Below, in pieces: positions 1-10,153 of a stretch of DNA of 64,000 nt; the first letter of the stretch is position 1; each line of letters opens with the position of its first letter. The DNA lies in the IMG/VR virus record IMGVR_UViG_3300035698_035366, positions 1 to 64,000 of that record; one strand, written 5' to 3'. The notes under the pieces were generated by a model. The model did not search any database, had not been told where the DNA came from, and saw only the letters and a program-made list of their open reading frames with translations. The position numbers were made by a program, and so were the translations under genes.

Positions 1-3000
1 TCTAGATTTTACAATAATTGCATCGGGGGTGCCTGGCAAGCCGTGCCCGATAGTTGCAGCCAATCCATTACCTGTAAAGGTTGCAATACTAAAATGTCCA
101 GGAGCGGCTACAGATACACTGGTTTCGATTGTTCCTTCGGTATTGCTTTGGACAGTTCCATCAGCTTTCCAATTCCATGATACAAATTTGTTGTTAAAAC
201 TATTTACTGCTGTATTATCACCCACAACAAAACCATTGTCAACGAATGCAGTCAGTGCGTTGGTGTCTATTGTTTCAGCACTTAATGAATTCGTTCGCAG
301 AGTGTGATTTTCTCCTCGAAGGGTATCAGTAAGCATATTGTCAAGGGATTGGTTTCTAGCTTTAATCCAGGTTAGGTCTGGACTGAAACCAACATTTGAA
401 ATTGTTTGTCCACCAGTAATAACCGCTGGCATATTTTGTGCGCCGACCGGCGGGGTGTTTACAAATGGTGTATCTCCGAAATTAACCGTTCCTATAACTG
501 TAGGTGAAAATGGGGAAGAATAAAGGATCGCAAATCTAACGCCGCCGAAAATAGTTGCACCAACAAATTGGCTTACTCCGTTCTTAAAGAATTCAACAGT
601 GTTATTTTTCACAAACGCGGCTATAGTATCACCTGGCGCCCATGTTGCTCCTGCACTATTAAACACTTGACCATTTGCAATATTCTGACCCTGGTCATTG
701 TATAACATAGTATTTGATGTATTATTCAATGAGCTATTGCTATCATGATCAGTGCTGACAAAACCTACACCGACAAGACCAACAGATGGATTTGAATTAG
801 CATCTAGTGTAAATTCAACATAGAATCCATCAGCGTTTCCCGCATCAACTGAGCTTAGAGAAAATATTCCACCAAATTCTTGCAATCCAGTTAAATTTGC
901 AGTTAGGTTACCATTAGAAAGTGTTGCTCCGGGAATTAAATCATTTGGATCTATCGCAACAACCGGAGATCCAACGCTTGCTACGCCGTTTCCTGTATAA
1001 GTAACCGCATTGAAGAAATCTGCACCCTGAAATTGTGGTGTACTAACATTTCGCGTATTCCATGGAACAAACCCCGTTAATGGGGTGTCCTGGAATTCTG
1101 ATGGTTCAGAGCGCAATCGATAACGAATATCAACAGCGGCCGATGATCTATCACCAACAATAACCGTATAATCTTCTTCTGATATTGGTCGTTTTGGTGT
1201 TATTACCGCAATACCAATACCGTTCTTAAAGAAGTTGATAACGTTGTTATCAAAATCGACAGCCATTGTAATTCTATCACCATTGGTATAAGGTGTGCTT
1301 GGAGTAATTTGCATAACCCCATCGGATGCATCAATGATACCAACACCACTGTCATACATCACTTGACCAAATGGCTGTGTAGTATGACCAGATGAGGCCC
1401 CGCCCTGTGTGTCAGCAACTCTTGGAGCAATACCCACACCATAACCATTGGCGGCAGCGCCTGTTCCTAAAATATCAATCTCGATGTGGAATTTACCTGA
1501 ATGAGCATAAATGTTTCCGAGGGCTTGATAGTTGGCAATAATATTGGCTAAACCAGTACAAATCTTATTACCATCTAAGAAATTCCAACTAAAATTCTGT
1601 AATGGATTAAAAATCATATGCAAGTTTGACGGGCTATTCACGGAACCGTTTAATGCGTGCGTCATACTTGATGGTGAAAAATTGTTTCCGTGGCTTGATG
1701 AATCAAGGCCATCGCCGATGTTTTCTCCCAATATAAATGAAGTTGTGTCGGTTGAGTTCACAAGAGCAACTATCTGTGTATTAGTTTTTGCCTTCCATAT
1801 AGCAGCATTATCACCTGTACCAACTGGAACAAATGATCCAAATTCGTTTGCATCAGTGCTATTTGATTTCCCAGATAGGAACGCGAATTGTGAAATGTAT
1901 CCATTAAAGTCTTGTATACCAACAACATTACCAATTATAAAAGACTGTCCAGCAGTTGTAAGACTAGCTGTAATACCCAATGGATATGTCCCGCTTTCTC
2001 GTTCTATACGGTTTCCATTGATAAACACGCGAACTCTTTCCGACTCAACAGAATTATTTGTATCCCATACCAAAACTAGGTGATACCATGCACTATCTCT
2101 AAAGAGTGGTCTGTAAATATTATTATTAGCGTCAGCAACCGCTGGACCATTAGTGTGTTGTACTAAAAATTTATTACCAGTGAACGATACGTGCAATCGA
2201 GTACCACCGGCTGAACTTGAAAATATTGTATGATCTGGCTTTAGGTTATTCAACTGGAACCAACATGATACCGTCCATGATGTTTGATTTTGTGTGGTAC
2301 TGACAACTCTTGATAAGAAATCAACATCTCCATCAAACCATGCACTGACTAAATCGTCGGATGGTGGAGGAGATGGTGGCCCGTCTGGGTTTGGAGAGAC
2401 GGTTGCAACGGTTTGCCAATCATTGCCGTTTCCTGAAATATCTTTTCCTAAATCACCAGTATCCTTAAAATCTAGATGATAGCCAGCATTACCGAATGGA
2501 CCAGTGTACAGGATTGGTGCGCCTGATCCGTTTGTTACGAATGCAGAAGGTGGAACAATGAGTCCATCGATAAGATACCATTCAGCGGTTTTTCCGGTCA
2601 AAGTGTCAATTAAAGTATGGCCCGTTTCTTTTATTATTTGTGTATTGTTAATCCAGGATGGTACTGAAGTACCAATAATACCTGAACCCGCACCAGAGGA
2701 TGGACCTAAACTAGCGACTAATTCAACACCATCAAAATAGAATCGTAAAGTTTCTCTTCTTTGTGAATCACTAACAGAGGCATTGGCGTCATATTGAAGA
2801 AGACAATGATGCCATCTTCCTAATATCAAAGGAACGTCCCATGTAGCATTAGCACTAACAACATTATTAATTGTCTGGAAATAATTAACAGTATTATTAC
2901 CGTTTAGGAATCGCCAATCTAAAACCGAAATATTATTATCATCATTGATACTTATTACCTGTCTTTTACCAGCACCAACAGGAACGTTAGCATCAAGGCG

Positions 3001-3978
3001 TGTCCACCACGAAATTGTAAATTTACTACTATCAGTAGCAATATTTGAGCCAGCAGCTGGTTTTGTTAGTCTTCCAACACCATCGAATGTTATAGACACC
3101 GACGCTGGGGTACTAGGTGGTAAAACTGGTGGAATTACTAGAGTTGTTACATAAGCAATATCGCCGTCATCGCCCTGGGAATTTAATGGGGGATCCTCTT
3201 GAACGAATCTCGCACCAAATGCATTACCGGTTGAAGCCGAAAGCTTTCCACCAGTAATAACACTAGTACCAATTTTACTCTTACCAATTGTTTCATCAAC
3301 GATATGATTAGTTAATACGCCAGCATCAACAATCTTATCAGCTGTTATATTACTATTGGCTATCTTATCAGTAGTTACCGAACCATCTTCAAATTTTAGT
3401 GCTTCCGCAGCACCTGCCGCAATTCTATCTGTCGCTATTGAGTCATCTGTAATCTTATCAAACGTAATTGATCCCGGGACAAATTTTTCATTAGGAATAC
3501 TATTTGTTTTAATTTTAGCCGTAGTAATTGCTGGTGGTGTAGGAGGAACCGTGTCTGGACCTTCAATATCTGCATTTTCAATTTCCAATTGTGCTGTCAA
3601 ATTTCCAGAGCCATCAAATCGTAAAATAGCATCAGTTGAACTTGATATTAATCTATCAAACGGTAATGAAGCTAACTGGATTCTACTACCTTCAAGTTCA
3701 TTCTCAAAAATTGCAATACCAGAGCTATCAAATTTGATAAGATTAACGCCAACCGCACCTTGTGTTAAAGAATTGGCTAATGCCCCTAAACCATTAAAGG
3801 CACCATTTTCTACATTTGCCAAATCGGCGCGGGCAAGCTCGACGCCACCGGTTGTAATACCATCATGAATGCGCAATGCTGCGGGTACATCAGTAACAAC
3901 TGACATTTCACCAGGTTGACCAGTGAAAGCGTCATTCTCTGATTTTGATCCTCTTCTTAATTGAAACTGTTCAGACAT
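1..3978 (-). CDS. Long tail fibre / receptor-binding protein, partial (runs off the window at position 1; >=1326 aa)
   Basis: Absent from the ORF track because it has no stop in the window. Manual translation from ATG 3978 (GAAGGA RBS upstream): MSEQFQLRRGSKSENDAFTGQPGEMSVVTDVPAALRIHDGITTGG (Mtd-N/hyaluronidase-like fibre anchor), TxDKI-type repeats, LamG/SPRY-like beta segments (FTISWWTRL, WHHCLLQYD, WTVSCWFQL, WYHLVLVWD) and a PDLTWIKAR...FVSWNWKA...HFSIATFTGNG segment typical of aquatic-phage fibres. Confidence 0.85.
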   Translation of the reverse strand, partial: MSEQFQLRRGSKSENDAFTGQPGEMSVVTDVPAALRIHDGITTGGVELARADLANVENGAFNGLGALANSLTQGAVGVNLIKFDSSGIAIFENELEGSRIQLASLPFDRLISSSTDAILRFDGSGNLTAQLEIENADIEGPDTVPPTPPAITTAKIKTNSIPNEKFVPGSITFDKITDDSIATDRIAAGAAEALKFEDGSVTTDKIANSNITADKIVDAGVLTNHIVDETIGKSKIGTSVITGGKLSASTGNAFGARFVQEDPPLNSQGDDGDIAYVTTLVIPPVLPPSTPASVSITFDGVGRLTKPAAGSNIATDSSKFTISWWTRLDANVPVGAGKRQVISINDDNNISVLDWRFLNGNNTVNYFQTINNVVSANATWDVPLILGRWHHCLLQYDANASVSDSQRRETLRFYFDGVELVASLGPSSGAGSGIIGTSVPSWINNTQIIKETGHTLIDTLTGKTAEWYLIDGLIVPPSAFVTNGSGAPILYTGPFGNAGYHLDFKDTGDLGKDISGNGNDWQTVATVSPNPDGPPSPPPSDDLVSAWFDGDVDFLSRVVSTTQNQTSWTVSCWFQLNNLKPDHTIFSSSAGGTRLHVSFTGNKFLVQHTNGPAVADANNNIYRPLFRDSAWYHLVLVWDTNNSVESERVRVFINGNRIERESGTYPLGITASLTTAGQSFIIGNVVGIQDFNGYISQFAFLSGKSNSTDANEFGSFVPVGTGDNAAIWKAKTNTQIVALVNSTDTTSFILGENIGDGLDSSSHGNNFSPSSMTHALNGSVNSPSNLHMIFNPLQNFSWNFLDGNKICTGLANIIANYQALGNIYAHSGKFHIEIDILGTGAAANGYGVGIAPRVADTQGGASSGHTTQPFGQVMYDSGVGIIDASDGVMQITPSTPYTNGDRITMAVDFDNNVINFFKNGIGIAVITPKRPISEEDYTVIVGDRSSAAVDIRYRLRSEPSEFQDTPLTGFVPWNTRNVSTPQFQGADFFNAVTYTGNGVASVGSPVVAIDPNDLIPGATLSNGNLTANLTGLQEFGGIFSLSSVDAGNADGFYVEFTLDANSNPSVGLVGVGFVSTDHDSNSSLNNTSNTMLYNDQGQNIANGQVFNSAGATWAPGDTIAAFVKNNTVEFFKNGVSQFVGATIFGGVRFAILYSSPFSPTVIGTVNFGDTPFVNTPPVGAQNMPAVITGGQTISNVGFSPDLTWIKARNQSLDNMLTDTLRGENHTLRTNSLSAETIDTNALTAFVDNGFVVGDNTAVNSFNNKFVSWNWKADGTVQSNTEGTIETSVSVAAPGHFSIATFTGNGLAATIGHGLPGTPDAIIVKSR

Positions 3979-3990
3979 TGTTTATCCTTC

Positions 3991-5811
3991 TTAAATTTGT
4001 GCGCCGCGAACGTCGCCACCAATTGAACCCGTAATATTTGCTATACCAACGATTGCCTTACCTGCCCCGCCAGCACTTCCCGGTGAAGGACCAACGCCAT
4101 TAAGACCAGCTTGACCCAAATTACCACCGCGGCCACCGCCACCGGTTGGATCAGCCACCCCAATAGGTGATCCCTGACCACCCAGAAGCAGTGTTCCGTC
4201 TGTTGCACCAGTTCCACGTCCTAGTCCTGGAGATCGGCCTGCGCCACCACCACCACCTGGTGATGTGGTTCCGGATGAGCTGTCATTACCACCACCACCA
4301 CCACCACCACCGCCGCCGATGACTCCATTATTTATCAAGGTAATTGTTGCGCCAGTGGTGTCAGTAACTTGAAAAGCATTGCCACCAGTCTGACCGTTAC
4401 CACCACCAAAATTTAGCCCACCACCATTACCGCCGCCATCACCACCAGTACCAGCAATGGTTCCGTTATTCGTTACATTGATGGTTGATCCTTCAGGAAT
4501 ATTGTCGATTACGAAGGCTGCACCAGTTATAGCATTTGAGCCAACTACAACATTGTTATCGACGATGATAGTTGAATTAGTTTTTTGGATGCCATTCCAA
4601 CCTGCATTAATTAATGCAGTTCTTGCATCAAAGTTTTGGGTGTCGGTTGAAATAATAATATTAGCTTCGAAAGCTGTGGTGCTGGTATCAAAAATTGTCG
4701 CCGTAGCAGTATTAACACCGCCGGGAACAATTAACACCATTATCTCATCACCCTCACCAGTGCTGATATCATCAGTAATTGCAAAAGGAATAGACGCTTG
4801 TAAATTGGCACCTAATACAAAATTACCAGTTAATGGTATACTGATATCAGAGGATTGTATTCCTGTAATTGTGTACGGAACGGTTAATCCAGCAAAACCA
4901 CCAGATAATGCTAGAACATTAATTGCTCCAGTTTCACCTTCATTGTATGCTTCTTTGAGGAAGAAAACATTGAAGATTTGTGGTACTGGATCACCGAGAA
5001 CATAAAATATATCACCATCGTTACCAATACTATTACTTACTGGTGGGTCTTCTGATGTAAATCTTCTACCAAGGGAATTTCCAGCAGTTGCTGAATTGAA
5101 ATTTCCCGCAAATACGGCACCGTTTTGAATTTTTGCACCTGTGACATTCCCATCTTTTATTTTATCTGAAGAAATTGCAGAATCTTGGATTTTTTCATTG
5201 GTGATTTGACTAGCTGCGACCGTAGCGGATAACACCGCACCATCGTCAATTTTTTCCGACGTGATAGCATTATTTTTCAATTTATCAGTTGTTATTGAAT
5301 CAGTAGCCAAGGAATCTGTTAAAATAGTCCATTTTACAATTTTGTCACCAGTTACTGCATCATCAGCAATTTTATCTAACGTTACCGATTCATTTGCAAA
5401 ATCAAATTCTGCTGATAATTGGGCCTTAAAAACAAAATTCCCATTTGAATCAGTTGTTGCAAATCTATTCGGATCACCGCTAATGTCAGCGACTAATCGA
5501 TCTGTTGACAATGTACTGTCAAGAATAAAACTACCATCAAGAGTTGGTTGAAATTCTGGTTCACCGCTTGAGTTGAACACGATAAACGTATCGGGATCAC
5601 CAGGGCCGAGAAGATCGATGGTAAAGGACCCCTCTGCAAGATTTGTTAAGTCTGCACGTAATAACGGAATGCCACCGAAAGGAGCACCAATGTGGCCGTC
5701 ATGAAGGCGCAATACATCGTTTGTTGTGTCAATGGAGAGTTCTCCCGCAACACCGTTAAATGTTAAATGGTCCGTTTCCGTACCGCGCCTGAACTGGTAT
5801 TGTTTAGCCAT
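3991..5811 (-). CDS. Tail fibre / adhesin with Mtd-N-like anchor and glycine-rich C-terminus (606 aa)
   Basis: N-terminus QYQFRRGTETDHLTFNGVAGELSIDTTNDVLRLHDG; DKIADDAVTGDKI-type repeats; C-terminal GGGGGGGGG...GGAGKAIVG motifs like T-even gp38 adhesins. Confidence 0.8.
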   Translation of the reverse strand: MAKQYQFRRGTETDHLTFNGVAGELSIDTTNDVLRLHDGHIGAPFGGIPLLRADLTNLAEGSFTIDLLGPGDPDTFIVFNSSGEPEFQPTLDGSFILDSTLSTDRLVADISGDPNRFATTDSNGNFVFKAQLSAEFDFANESVTLDKIADDAVTGDKIVKWTILTDSLATDSITTDKLKNNAITSEKIDDGAVLSATVAASQITNEKIQDSAISSDKIKDGNVTGAKIQNGAVFAGNFNSATAGNSLGRRFTSEDPPVSNSIGNDGDIFYVLGDPVPQIFNVFFLKEAYNEGETGAINVLALSGGFAGLTVPYTITGIQSSDISIPLTGNFVLGANLQASIPFAITDDISTGEGDEIMVLIVPGGVNTATATIFDTSTTAFEANIIISTDTQNFDARTALINAGWNGIQKTNSTIIVDNNVVVGSNAITGAAFVIDNIPEGSTINVTNNGTIAGTGGDGGGNGGGLNFGGGNGQTGGNAFQVTDTTGATITLINNGVIGGGGGGGGGGNDSSSGTTSPGGGGGAGRSPGLGRGTGATDGTLLLGGQGSPIGVADPTGGGGRGGNLGQAGLNGVGPSPGSAGGAGKAIVGIANITGSIGGDVRGAQI

Positions 5812-5915
5812 AGTTTTTCCCTTTTATGGTTTGTTACCTATATTTAGTACAGAAGCAAGTTCCATTTACCGAATTTAATTAATTGTGCTAAATAATTATA
5901 TCCTGCTATTACGCA

Positions 5916-5923
5916 TATAAATA
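5916..5923 (+). promoter_or_regulatory. T4-type late promoter TATAAATA
   Basis: Perfect TATAAATA 50 nt upstream of ORF 5974; a gp55-like sigma factor is encoded in the window. Confidence 0.6.
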
Positions 5924-5973
5924 AGATACACAAAACCTGTTATTGGGTGTCAAAATAATAAACGGAGAGTATA

Positions 5974-6270
5974 ATGAGTCGTCCAAAACCAGAAATTCTT
6001 ATAGATTTCACAGATAAAAAGACATATAAAGCAGAGCAGGTTTTAAGGGCGGAAGCCATTTATGCCGTTTTCTATGAAAATACGCCTATCAATCTGAGAT
6101 CCAAGCACGCAATGCTTGATTATCCAGGTCCAAAATACAAGAAATGCAGTTTCAGTAATCCAGGTCACGCATTTAATCTATCCGATAAACTCAATGAAAT
6201 GTTTAAAACTGATAAATTTTCAGTATATAAGCTAACCGCTGGTGAAAAAATCGAGCGTGATATTATTTAA
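5974..6270 (+). CDS. Hypothetical protein, 98 aa (resembles conserved jumbo-phage proteins)
   Basis: ATG with GGAG RBS; YKKCSFSNPGHAFNL motif; no function recognised. Confidence 0.7.
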   Translation: MSRPKPEILIDFTDKKTYKAEQVLRAEAIYAVFYENTPINLRSKHAMLDYPGPKYKKCSFSNPGHAFNLSDKLNEMFKTDKFSVYKLTAGEKIERDII

Positions 6271-6273
6271 AAT

Positions 6274-6681
6274 ATGTCAAAACATCGAGAAATCGCCGAT
6301 CTTTTGATGCCTGAGTTTAAAGAATTTTCCGAAGATTTAACCGATAAAGAACAATACCGGCTTGTTTATAAACTACTTTTCTTAAATTTTAGAATGAAGC
6401 ATGGTGAACCGTATGGGTTATATCTAACGCATATGGGGTTTGAATTCCTGTCCAAACATGCGAAATCATATGATGTCACAATGCCAGATGGTTATAAAAT
6501 TAATATGACAGATAAATTATCACTTGACAATATGTGCATTTTACCATATTATTATGAATCTAAAGAACACGTAACATTGTATATGTTTGAAGAAGAACTG
6601 GCAACTATTATGAAACTTAATGACGGTAATATCATACAAGCACAAGAAATGCTATATGGGCAAAAAAAGTTTCTAAAATAA
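6274..6681 (+). CDS. Hypothetical protein, 135 aa
   Basis: ORF 3 nt after the previous stop, same strand. Confidence 0.65.
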   Translation: MSKHREIADLLMPEFKEFSEDLTDKEQYRLVYKLLFLNFRMKHGEPYGLYLTHMGFEFLSKHAKSYDVTMPDGYKINMTDKLSLDNMCILPYYYESKEHVTLYMFEEELATIMKLNDGNIIQAQEMLYGQKKFLK

Positions 6682-6683
6682 GG

Positions 6684-6711
6684 TTGACAAATAATATATC
6701 GATGCTACAAT
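6684..6711 (+). promoter_or_regulatory. Sigma70-type early promoter
   Basis: TTGACA-16 nt-TACAAT with extended -10 (TGC-TACAAT), upstream of the AAA+ gene. Confidence 0.75.
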
Positions 6712-6768
6712 GTGTTTCTAAGTTAGTTACATACTTTTAATTTAAACCTAGGAAAAGGAAGACACAAT

Positions 6769-7893
6769 ATGGCTAAGTCGCATATGGATACCACACTAAC
6801 GCTTCGCCCAAGTAATGCTCGGCAGGCGCTTCTACACGGTGCTAAGACAAAGAGCCCTCTTTTCGTTTGGGGCCCTCCTGGAATTGGTAAGTCACAGATC
6901 TTGAAGCAGATTGCCGAAGAGCTCGGTATGAACTTTGTTGATATTCGGCTGTCCCAGATGGATCCGACGGATCTTCGCGGTATCCCATATCCCGGTAAGG
7001 ACGAAGACGGTAATAACGTTATGTACTGGTCTCCTCCGCATTTTTACGAACGTGACCCCAGCAAGCCAACGATGTACTTGTTCGATGAAATGAACGCGGC
7101 GCCGCAGTCCATTCAGGCCGCAGCCTACCAGATTATCCTGGATCGCCAGATTGGTGATTACAAGATTGGACCCGACGATGTCGTGTTTGCTGCTGGTAAC
7201 CGTGATACGGATAAGGGCTCCACATTCAAGATGCCCACGCCTCTTATGAACCGCTTTGTTCATATTGAGATGGAAAGCAACTTCGATGATTTCCAGGAAC
7301 ATGCGATCCTGTCGGGTTATCACAAGACGGTCGTTGGTTACCTTACCTGGCAGAAGCAGGATCTGTTTAACTTTGATCCAGCCAGTGCGTTCCGTGGCTT
7401 CCCAACACCGCGTTCTTGGGAGCGTGTCAGCAAGCTGATCAGCGATGACCCCGATCTTTCCGACATGGTTAAGCTGGCACTGATTGCTGGTGCTGTTGGT
7501 GAGGGGGTTGCTGCAAAGTTCATCGAATACCAGAAGATGAACGAGTCACTTCCGAACCCAAGCGACATTCTCCTGGGTAAGATCAAGACACTCGATCCCG
7601 CCCAGCGTAAGGAAACCAGTGTCATGTACGCCTTGACAATTGGTCTCTGCTACGAAATGCGCGATATTTTCACCGTTGGTAACGAAAAGGGTCGGTCCAG
7701 CCCAGAATGGGATCACTGGGTCGAAGTTACTGATAACTTCCTGGCTTTCATGATGGATAACATGCAGCCGGAAATTGCCATCCTCGGGATGCGGACTATC
7801 CTGAGCGTGTTCAAGTTGAAGCCCGATGCGAAGAAGCTGAAGAACTGGAAGCGGTTCAGCGAACAGCACGGTGAGCTAATTCTTGCTAACTAA
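6769..7893 (+). CDS. MoxR-like AAA+ ATPase (374 aa)
   Basis: Walker A GPPGIGKS, Walker B YLFDEMN, AAGNR sensor, LMNRF arginine finger, TPRSWE motif. Confidence 0.9.
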   Translation: MAKSHMDTTLTLRPSNARQALLHGAKTKSPLFVWGPPGIGKSQILKQIAEELGMNFVDIRLSQMDPTDLRGIPYPGKDEDGNNVMYWSPPHFYERDPSKPTMYLFDEMNAAPQSIQAAAYQIILDRQIGDYKIGPDDVVFAAGNRDTDKGSTFKMPTPLMNRFVHIEMESNFDDFQEHAILSGYHKTVVGYLTWQKQDLFNFDPASAFRGFPTPRSWERVSKLISDDPDLSDMVKLALIAGAVGEGVAAKFIEYQKMNESLPNPSDILLGKIKTLDPAQRKETSVMYALTIGLCYEMRDIFTVGNEKGRSSPEWDHWVEVTDNFLAFMMDNMQPEIAILGMRTILSVFKLKPDAKKLKNWKRFSEQHGELILAN

Positions 7894-7906
7894 TCGTTCC
7901 TAGGCC

Positions 7907-7935
7907 GGGGGAGGGGAAACTCTCCCCCTAATTTC
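7907..7935 (+). terminator. Probable intrinsic terminator hairpin
   Basis: GGGGGAGGG-GAAA-CTCTCCCCC (9-bp stem, GAAA loop) followed by only TAATTT, just after the AAA+ stop. Confidence 0.6.
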
Positions 7936-7957
7936 CCAGGAATGAGGATCGATATCC

Positions 7958-7986
7958 TTGACAACGAAGTCAAACAGTGCTACAAT
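7958..7986 (+). promoter_or_regulatory. Sigma70-type early promoter
   Basis: TTGACA-17 nt-TACAAT with TGC extended -10; boxes identical to the 6684 promoter. Confidence 0.8.
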
Positions 7987-8014
7987 ACTGAACACTTAAA
8001 AGAGGAAAACAAAA

Positions 8015-9301
8015 ATGTCACTAGATTTGAATGATCCAGTTGTAAAAGAAATTGTTTCCGCGCGGGTTAACTTGCTGTTCCGCAAGCCCTTCTTTGGAAA
8101 CCTTATTGCGCGACTGGAAATTATTGATGCCAGTTCCTGGTGCAAGACGGCGGCAACTGATGGCCGGCGCTTCTATTACAATCGGGATTTTATCAAGAGC
8201 CTTACAAAGCCCCAACTAATTTTCCTCCTGGCGCACGAAATCCTTCACTGTGTGTACGATCATTTGGGTCGACGCGGTGGACGAGATCCTGCGCTTTGGA
8301 ACATGGCGAATGATTATATCAGCAACTGGACACTGAAGCAGGAAGGCGTTGGTGAGATGCCCCCACAGGGACTTATCTCGGACAAGTACACAGACGAGAT
8401 GACTTCAGAAGAAGTTTACCAATTGCTTTTGGATAACTCCGTTGAAATCGAGGCGACGCTGGATGAACATCTTGAACTGTCCGGTGAGGAAGGTGAGGGA
8501 GACGGTGATGGTGAAGGAGAGGGTGAAGGAGAGGGTGAAGACGGTGATGGCGATGGTAATGGCAAGAAGGTTAAGATGCGCATCACTGGTAAGGATGGCA
8601 AGCCCAAATTAACCGAAGATGACATCAGCTCAATCCGCAACGAGATGAAAGCCGCAGTTCTACAGGCGGCGCAGACGGTTGATGCGGGAAAGATTCCTGC
8701 TGGTATCCGACGCCTTATCAAGGAACTAACCGAATCAAAGATTGATTGGCGGTCATTGCTTGAAATCCATATCCAGAGCACTGTAAAGGACGATTACACG
8801 TTCCGGCGCATGGCGAAGAAGACCTGGGGTATGGGTGGTCGAGCAATTATTCCTGGACAGGATTGGGGCGAAGAAGCCGAAGTGTTTGTTTGGATTGATG
8901 CTTCCGGTAGTATTGACGAGCAGATGCTCCGAGACTTCTTGGGTGAGACCAAGGGAATTATGGAGACGTTCTCCACATTCAAACTCCATCTCGCAACGTT
9001 TGATACCGAAGCTTATAATTACCAGGTATTCACACATGACAACCTCGACGAAATTAATGAATATGATATCGGTGGCGGCGGCGGGACGGACTTCATGGCA
9101 ATGTGGCGCTTTATGAAGGACAATGATCTCGAACCGGAGAAGATGGTTTGCTTCACAGATGGTTACCCGTTCGGTGATTGGGGTTGGGAAGAATATTGTT
9201 CCGATGTACTGTGGGTTATCCACTACGATGACAATGTTGAACCCCCGTTTGGTACTAAGGTGCTATACAACACAGATGGCAACCGCGGATATCGTTCGTA
9301 A
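8015..9301 (+). CDS. Metallopeptidase-vWA protein (DUF2201-like partner of MoxR AAA+), 428 aa
   Basis: TAATDG, AHEILH (HExxH), acidic GE/GD linker, C-terminal vWA with DASGS MIDAS, GGGTDF and FTDGY. Confidence 0.85.
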   Translation: MSLDLNDPVVKEIVSARVNLLFRKPFFGNLIARLEIIDASSWCKTAATDGRRFYYNRDFIKSLTKPQLIFLLAHEILHCVYDHLGRRGGRDPALWNMANDYISNWTLKQEGVGEMPPQGLISDKYTDEMTSEEVYQLLLDNSVEIEATLDEHLELSGEEGEGDGDGEGEGEGEGEDGDGDGNGKKVKMRITGKDGKPKLTEDDISSIRNEMKAAVLQAAQTVDAGKIPAGIRRLIKELTESKIDWRSLLEIHIQSTVKDDYTFRRMAKKTWGMGGRAIIPGQDWGEEAEVFVWIDASGSIDEQMLRDFLGETKGIMETFSTFKLHLATFDTEAYNYQVFTHDNLDEINEYDIGGGGGTDFMAMWRFMKDNDLEPEKMVCFTDGYPFGDWGWEEYCSDVLWVIHYDDNVEPPFGTKVLYNTDGNRGYRS

Positions 9302-9302
9302 C

Positions 9303-9653
9303 ATGCTCAACGATGGTGAGAACATACGCTTAGAGAGATTGGGAAGGTTCGTTGAACTTTCCCTTCTCGAGCGTTTCGAAACAGAAGAGAAACTCCCCAG
9401 TTATCTAAGGAATGCGTGCATCTTAACGATTTTGTGCAAAACTAGTATACTGCGAGATGTCGTTGATGAAATCGGTTCAATAATTAATAACAATTGTTCA
9501 GGTTTTGTTGCATACGAAGTTGTTGAACACAATCATACTGGATTGCAACATAATATACCGTTTGAGTTCAAAATTCAAATGTTTTTTGAAAGCGATCACG
9601 ATATGGCGTTGCTTAAATTAAGTTCTGGATCACTTGATGGGCTTTTAGGATGA
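9303..9653 (+). CDS. Hypothetical protein, ~116 aa (C-terminal FESDHDMALLKL motif)
   Basis: Start moved to ATG 9303, directly after the vWA stop; the ORF-track extension overlaps the upstream gene. Confidence 0.6.
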   Translation: MLNDGENIRLERLGRFVELSLLERFETEEKLPSYLRNACILTILCKTSILRDVVDEIGSIINNNCSGFVAYEVVEHNHTGLQHNIPFEFKIQMFFESDHDMALLKLSSGSLDGLLG

Positions 9654-10057
9654 CTGTTGAATTTACCAATTTTCGAGTCGAGGATGAAACGGAACTCTAT
9701 TCGATCAACGATATAAACAATGTAACATCTGTTTGGGATGAAAACTGGACACGGGTAATTGTATTACACCATAATAGTCAATGGCAAAATGAAGCAAACG
9801 TATCAACGGTTATGCAATGGATTGAAAAAAACTTTGAGCCACATGGTAAATGGGGAGTTTATGCTTATGTTACTAAAGAAAAACTCAACTTACAAGGCGT
9901 AAGCTCGTTCAAATCTTTTCGACAACGTGCTAGGCGGGAGGGAATGCGTGACGTTACAAAAATTGTTGCTGGGTTTGAAGACGGAGACGACGCATTACAA
10001 TTCAAATTAATGGCGGGTGCAAACATCGAAGACTTCCAGGATAATGACAATGCCTAA
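9650..10057 (+). CDS. Hypothetical protein, 135 aa (FEDGDDALQFKL motif)
   Basis: ATGA overlap with the previous gene. Confidence 0.65.
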   Translation: MTVEFTNFRVEDETELYSINDINNVTSVWDENWTRVIVLHHNSQWQNEANVSTVMQWIEKNFEPHGKWGVYAYVTKEKLNLQGVSSFKSFRQRARREGMRDVTKIVAGFEDGDDALQFKLMAGANIEDFQDNDNA

Positions 10058-10153
10058 AAAACCACCAACTGTTTATGGTAATTTACTTCGAAGAGAATTC
10101 AGACTTAGTTTTATTTAAGACAGCATTTGACAATTAACCCAGAGGAGAAGAAA

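Noticed and set aside
29-5551. Plus-strand ORFs in the track over the fibre genes (e.g. 1532-2083, 3356-3868, 4457-5005) and similar antisense ORFs over other large genes
   Set aside because: They are shadows of repetitive minus-strand CDSs, with no RBS or recognisable motifs.
1-5811. Diversity-generating retroelement suggested by Mtd-N-like fibre N-termini
   Set aside because: No reverse transcriptase, no template/variable repeat pair and no adenine-specific mismatches in the window; the Mtd-N anchor is common in non-DGR fibres.
8484-8562. GGTGAAGGAGAG-type short tandem repeats
   Set aside because: They encode the low-complexity acidic GE/GD linker usual in this vWA-peptidase family.
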